A stretch of 52,220 nucleotides of DNA, taken from the IMG/VR virus record IMGVR_UViG_3300045988_100671. One strand, written 5' to 3'. The translations under genes were made by a program, and so were the position numbers. The notes beneath the pieces were generated by a model. That model saw nothing but the letters and a program-made list of their open reading frames with translations. It did no database searches and was not told the DNA's origin. Origin of the DNA: a virus. Shown piece by piece: positions 48,061 to 52,220 of the stretch (its first letter is position 1; every line of letters begins with the position of its first letter).

Positions 48061-48902
48061 GCTTTTGGATGAGGTCCGCAACCCTCCAGATCGGCAGCAA
48101 GCGCTACGGCATGGACGACCTGTACTTCGAGTTTGAGGTCCCCTTTGAGGACAGTGACACGCTCCAGACAGCGAAGTTCAAGGCCTATAACCTGTCCGAG
48201 GCAACCCGGAAGGGAATCAAGAGAGGCGACGCCCTCATACTCAATGCAGGGTATGAGGGCGACGTCGGCTCCATCTTCGTCGGCCAGGTAAGCGCGTGCA
48301 GCCACAAGCACCAAAACGCAGACTGGATCACCGAAATATCCGCCACCGCTGCTATGGACCAATGGCTCTCCGCAAAGGTCTCGAAGACCTACGCCAAGGG
48401 CTCCACAGCCAAGGACATCGTCTCCGACCTGCTGAACCTGTTCGGCGTGGAGATCGGTGACTTCTCCCTTGCTGTGAACAAGGTCTATGACCGGGGCCTT
48501 ATTTGCAACGGGAAGGTGAAGGACCAGCTCATCAAGATTGTGGTCAACGACTGCAAGAGCCGGTTCCTTATCCGCAGCGGGGCGGTCTACATCAACGACC
48601 CGACCAAAGGCGTCCAAAACGGCCTTACACTGACACCGCAAAGCGGCCTTCTCATCTCTGGCAAGGAGACCGAGGAGACCGTCGTGGCCGTCGGAAATGA
48701 CAGCCAGAAAAGCGCCAGCGCCAAGAGCGAGGAGGGCAACTACATCAGCCGTGAGTGCCTGCTCAACTACCACATCGGCCCTGCGGAGCAGGTGCGCGTC
48801 CAGTCCAAGTCCTTGTCCGGTACCTTCATCGTTGCCTCCGGTAAGCACATCGGATCTCCAAAGGGTAACTGGAAAACCACCATCGAGCTAAAGCCTTTGT
48901 AA
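48057..48902 (+). CDS. Baseplate hub / late control D-like (XkdQ-like) protein
   Basis: TTG 48057, 8 nt after ggaggg; ATG 48069 is an alternative. Called from size and position. Confidence 0.6.
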   Translation: MSFWMRSATLQIGSKRYGMDDLYFEFEVPFEDSDTLQTAKFKAYNLSEATRKGIKRGDALILNAGYEGDVGSIFVGQVSACSHKHQNADWITEISATAAMDQWLSAKVSKTYAKGSTAKDIVSDLLNLFGVEIGDFSLAVNKVYDRGLICNGKVKDQLIKIVVNDCKSRFLIRSGAVYINDPTKGVQNGLTLTPQSGLLISGKETEETVVAVGNDSQKSASAKSEEGNYISRECLLNYHIGPAEQVRVQSKSLSGTFIVASGKHIGSPKGNWKTTIELKPL

Positions 48903-48914
48903 GGGAGGGAGACC

Positions 48915-49451
48915 ATGGCAAGCCAGAATAAAAAGCGCTCCTATGAGGACGCCAAGAAGCAGGCCGAGGCCGCTGGCCTCTGCGTTGCGGACATCGTCAA
49001 GGTTGTCTCCTTCGATGAGGCGGCCATGACGGTGGATGTCCAGCCGCTCACCAGATACCCAGATGAGGACACCTTTCAAACGAAGCCCCAGATTCTCTCT
49101 GTACCCGTTGGAATCATCTACGGCGGCGGCTTCGTCGTCCGCCCTGTCTACTCTGCCGGAGACATCGGCTTCGTGGTCTATCTGGACCGTGACAGCGATG
49201 CCACCATCGCGGGAGGCGCGGAGGCGGACCCCAACACCGAACGCCTGCACAGCGGAGACGATGCCGTCTTTGTCGGCGGCGTCCGCACAGGCGGAAACAC
49301 CATCAGCGGTCTTCCGGCCGGTACCTTGTGCCTCGGCAGAGCCGACGGGTCCGTGTATATCTCCATCACCAACAGCGGTGTGGACATCAAGGGCAACGTC
49401 ACCATCACCGGGGACCTCACTACCACCGGTGGCACCGTCAACCTGAATTGA
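48915..49451 (+). CDS. Baseplate spike (gpV-like) protein
   Basis: RBS agggaggg. OB-fold-like N-terminus and a beta-helical GNVTITGDLTTTGGTVNLN C-terminus. Confidence 0.6.
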   Translation: MASQNKKRSYEDAKKQAEAAGLCVADIVKVVSFDEAAMTVDVQPLTRYPDEDTFQTKPQILSVPVGIIYGGGFVVRPVYSAGDIGFVVYLDRDSDATIAGGAEADPNTERLHSGDDAVFVGGVRTGGNTISGLPAGTLCLGRADGSVYISITNSGVDIKGNVTITGDLTTTGGTVNLN

Positions 49452-49463
49452 GGAGGGATGTCA

Positions 49464-49802
49464 ATGCCAAGCGCCGCACGCCTGGGAGACAGCATAGCGG
49501 GCACCACCGCAGGCGAGCACTCCGGGCACGCTACCCCTCATTCTCCGCTGCCAATCACCGGCAGCATCTCCGGGAACTGCTCCGGCGACGTCTTCATCAA
49601 CGGGCAGCCTGCCGCATACGTCGGCAGCGTGACCACCGAGAACGACGCCTGCTGCGGAAGCTCCCAGGGGTCCGTGGGTGCCGGGAGTGGCACCGTGTTC
49701 ATCAACGGCCACCAGGCGGCCCGCGTCGGAGACGCCCTGAACGCTCATAACGGAACGGGGCAGATCACCGGCGGCAGCGGGGACGTCTCTTTTGGAGGAT
49801 AG
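49464..49802 (+). CDS. PAAR-domain spike-tip protein
   Basis: AARLGD, AAYVGS and AARVGD repeats with FINGQPAA / FINGHQAA. Confidence 0.8.
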   Translation: MPSAARLGDSIAGTTAGEHSGHATPHSPLPITGSISGNCSGDVFINGQPAAYVGSVTTENDACCGSSQGSVGAGSGTVFINGHQAARVGDALNAHNGTGQITGGSGDVSFGG

Positions 49803-49805
49803 CCC

Positions 49806-50177
49806 ATGGAAAATTATACACTGAAAATTGACCCCGAAACCCGGGACCTTTGCCTGGATGACGCCGGTGTGCTGGAGCTGGTAGACGGCGACGCCACCAG
49901 CGCCCAGGCTGTCCGGCTCACCCTGGAGGCATGGAAGGGGGAGTTCCCCTTCGACCCTACTCACGGAACCGACTACACCCGCATCGCCGGTAAAAAGGCC
50001 CGCGAGCTCGCAGAGGACGAAGTCCCGGAAGTCATCCGGGACGCAGTCCTCCAGGAGACCACCGTGAGCGAGGTGGACAGCGTGGAGTACAACCTCTCCG
50101 GCAGAAGCCTTGAGGTCTCTGTGACCGGCACCCTCACCACCGGCGGGGTCATCACTACGGAGGTGAGCACTCTATGA
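49806..50177 (+). CDS. Baseplate wedge protein (gpW/gp25-like)
   Basis: 123 aa, directly upstream of baseplate J. Confidence 0.6.
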   Translation: MENYTLKIDPETRDLCLDDAGVLELVDGDATSAQAVRLTLEAWKGEFPFDPTHGTDYTRIAGKKARELAEDEVPEVIRDAVLQETTVSEVDSVEYNLSGRSLEVSVTGTLTTGGVITTEVSTL

Positions 50178-51352
50178 ACACTGAGGAATGGGGCGTAACC
50201 GAACGAGGATTCCATCGCCCCACATACGTCGAGCTCCTGGACGCCGTTGAGTACAAAGCCCGGGAGCTATTTGGAAACAAGGCGAACCTGACTGTCCGGT
50301 CCCCCCTCGGAGTATTCCTCCGCATTTTCGCCTGGATGCTCAACCTGCTTTTCTGCCTGATGGAGGAGACCTACAATTCCAGGTTCGTGGACACCGCCGT
50401 CGGAACCAGCCTCTACAACCTCGGCAAAGCGATCGGCCTGTCTCTGCTCCCAGCGCAGAAGGCGTCCGGCTACGTTACCTTCACTGGAGCGGCCGGCACA
50501 CCTATCCCGACCGGCTTCCTGGTTCGGACCGTGGCCGGTCTCCAGTACGCCGTCCTCACCGACGGCCGCATCGGGTCCGCTGGCACCGTCACCCTTCCTG
50601 TTCAGGCCGTAGAAACCGGCGTGGACTACAATGTGGAAGCGGGCCGGATCTCGGAGATCACCAACCCGCTGGACGGCGTTGAGAGCTGCACCAATGAGGC
50701 CCCCATCACCGGCGGCCAGGACCGCGAGACCGACGAGGAGTTCCGGGACCGCTACGCACAGTCCGTTGACTATGCGGGCGGCGTCAATGCCGACGCCATC
50801 GCCGGTGAAATCCTCCAGAACGTCGAATCGGTCTACTCCGCCGTGTGCTATGAAAACGACACGGATGAGGAAGACGCCCTCGGCCTTCCGCCTCACAGCA
50901 TCGAGGCTGTTGTCTACGGAGGCCTGGACCAAGATGTAGCAGCCGCCATCTACCGGCGCAAGGCTGGAGGAATCCAGACCTACGGCACAACCACCATCGC
51001 GGTCATAGCTGCCAGCGGCCAGAGCATCAATATCAACTTTTCCAGGCCGACGGCCGTACCGGTCTACGTAAGGGTAACAAACCTGGAGACGGGAAGCGAC
51101 TTCCCGCTGAATGGCGCGGACCTTGTGAAGGCGGCGATCATCGACTACATCGGCGGCGCCGCCTATGGCGGCCTTCCGATCGGCCGGGACGTCGTCTACA
51201 TGGATTTGCCCGGGGTGATTAAGACCGTGACCGGCGTTATTGACTTCGATCTGGAGATCGGAGAGAGCGCCAGCAGCTACGGAACCGAGAACATCACGAT
51301 CGACACCCGGGAGAAGGCTGTCACGGACGAAGGGAAGGTGACCGTGGAATGA
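50174..51352 (+). CDS. Baseplate J-like protein
   Basis: 392 aa. The ITGGQDRETDEEFRDRY motif is typical of the baseplate J/gp47 family. Confidence 0.8.
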   Translation: MNTEEWGVTERGFHRPTYVELLDAVEYKARELFGNKANLTVRSPLGVFLRIFAWMLNLLFCLMEETYNSRFVDTAVGTSLYNLGKAIGLSLLPAQKASGYVTFTGAAGTPIPTGFLVRTVAGLQYAVLTDGRIGSAGTVTLPVQAVETGVDYNVEAGRISEITNPLDGVESCTNEAPITGGQDRETDEEFRDRYAQSVDYAGGVNADAIAGEILQNVESVYSAVCYENDTDEEDALGLPPHSIEAVVYGGLDQDVAAAIYRRKAGGIQTYGTTTIAVIAASGQSININFSRPTAVPVYVRVTNLETGSDFPLNGADLVKAAIIDYIGGAAYGGLPIGRDVVYMDLPGVIKTVTGVIDFDLEIGESASSYGTENITIDTREKAVTDEGKVTVE

Positions 51353-52035
51353 GCTACGGCTATTTATCCCAGATGCTCGAATACCTGACCGGTGCCTACA
51401 ATCGCAGCGACATCCGCAACGACAAGCACAGCCTCCCCATGGAGACTAACATCGGAAAGCTGTTCGGCACCTTTGCCTGGGGGCTGGAGCTTATCCATGA
51501 ACACTCTGACCGGATGCTGCTCTGGGATGATATTGACAATGCCCAGGGGGCCGTCCTGGACAGATACGGGGCAAACTTCGGCGTTTCCAGAGGCGGAGCA
51601 AACGACGCCTTCTACCGCCTTCTCATCAAGGTAAAAATGATCTCCATGCTCTCCGGCGGAGACATCGACACGATCATCAAGGCGGCCGCCAACCTGTTCA
51701 ATGTCCAGGCTTCGGACATCGAGGTGCGGGAACTGTTCCCGGCGAAAATATGGCTCTATGTTGACGAAGACATCCTGGACGCCGAACGCCTTGAAGCGTC
51801 CGACCTTATCGCGGAGCTGATGAAGCGCATTGTCTCCGCTGGTGTCGGTACACGCATTTTCCTTCGTACCTACCATAACGCCAGGACGGCCAGCTTCCTT
51901 GCGGTTGCAGCCCTTGAGAGCGCCACGGTTACGGCCCGCGTCCGAGTCTCCAGAAACTTCAAGGGGACCGTAAGGAGCAAGCTGTCTATGCCCGTATGGG
52001 AAGATACGATCATCACAGCAAAGACAAGGAGGTAA
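51349..52035 (+). CDS. Tail protein I-like (XkdU/DUF2313-like)
   Basis: Follows baseplate J. LDRYGANFGVSRGGANDAFYR is typical of this family. Confidence 0.6.
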   Translation: MSYGYLSQMLEYLTGAYNRSDIRNDKHSLPMETNIGKLFGTFAWGLELIHEHSDRMLLWDDIDNAQGAVLDRYGANFGVSRGGANDAFYRLLIKVKMISMLSGGDIDTIIKAAANLFNVQASDIEVRELFPAKIWLYVDEDILDAERLEASDLIAELMKRIVSAGVGTRIFLRTYHNARTASFLAVAALESATVTARVRVSRNFKGTVRSKLSMPVWEDTIITAKTRR

Positions 52036-52040
52036 GTACA

Positions 52041-52220
52041 ATGCCCAATGATTTTGAGCTCGACCCTATCCTGGAGACGGAGCCCGACAACGACGGCGCT
52101 GTCCCCCTTACCAGCGGGTATGAAGTGCTGGGCCGCATTTTGGCACAGCATGGCCCCGTGAAGTACACCAAGGCCCTTCTTGATAGCGGAGACATCCCGG
52201 AGGGCACCGTCATCGACAAC
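52041..52220 (+). CDS. Tail fibre protein, N-terminal part (continues at 56-607 after collapsing the overlap)
   Basis: RBS aaggagg 7 nt upstream of ATG 52041. Frame is continuous with ORF 89-607. Confidence 0.75.
   Translation, partial: MPNDFELDPILETEPDNDGAVPLTSGYEVLGRILAQHGPVKYTKALLDSGDIPEGTVIDN
52166..52220. repeat. Terminal overlap, identical to 1-55
   Basis: Same 55-mer as window start. Confidence 0.95.

Larger units (their letters stand above)
1..52220. mobile_element. Complete circular temperate tailed-phage genome (contractile-tail type structural module); unique length 52165 bp
   Basis: Integrase, cI-like repressor, replication/recombination genes, terminase, portal, HK97-type capsid, sheath, tube, tape measure, baseplate and lysis genes are all present. 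A 55-bp end overlap closes the circle. Confidence 0.9.

Overview
The window is a complete, circularly closed genome of a GC-rich temperate tailed phage. Unique length is 52,165 bp; bases 1-55 repeat 52166-52220. The host is probably a Gram-positive Clostridia-type bacterium (LL-H holin, SleB, RecU and DnaD-type genes).

Layout on the + strand unless noted:
- Tail-fibre gene spanning the junction.
- Diversity-generating retroelement (DGR): avd, TR, RT and variable-protein target 1 (822-4353).
- Lysis cassette (5166-7265) and attP-like region (7266-7528).
- Minus-strand lysogeny module: integrase, two small genes, XRE/cI-like repressor (7520-10075).
- Early operon of small genes, regulators, recombination genes (SSAP-like, fused SbcD-SbcC), DnaD-like replication protein, RecU and many hypotheticals (10608-28522).
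- Late region: three ParB-like genes, a CmoA-like gene, terminase, portal-MuF, protease, HK97-type capsid, connectors, sheath/tube, chaperones, tape measure, baseplate with PAAR spike (28762-52220).

Most interesting observations:
1. The DGR has two targets, each differing from the TR only at TR adenines. The second target is 20 kb away in the early region, and its variable lectin-like domain is fused to a MazG-like NTP-pyrophosphohydrolase domain.
2. A clear CmoA (carboxy-SAM synthase) homologue sits directly after a ParB-domain::class-I-methyltransferase fusion. Together they may form a nucleic-acid carboxymethylation module.
3. Five same-strand stem-loops have an invariant GUGCAA loop and covarying stems. 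They lie just upstream of early-gene RBSs. A cluster of unpaired GTGCAA boxes lies behind the RinA/sigma-like regulator.
4. A DUF2829 (Tad2-family) protein is a candidate anti-Thoeris factor.
5. attP-like arm repeats, an AT-rich iteron/DnaA-box-like region, a 430-nt untranslated leader, a +1-frame tail-chaperone extension and several small unlisted ORFs.

No tRNA, rRNA or CRISPR array was found. All functional calls come from motif recognition by eye, not from database searches.
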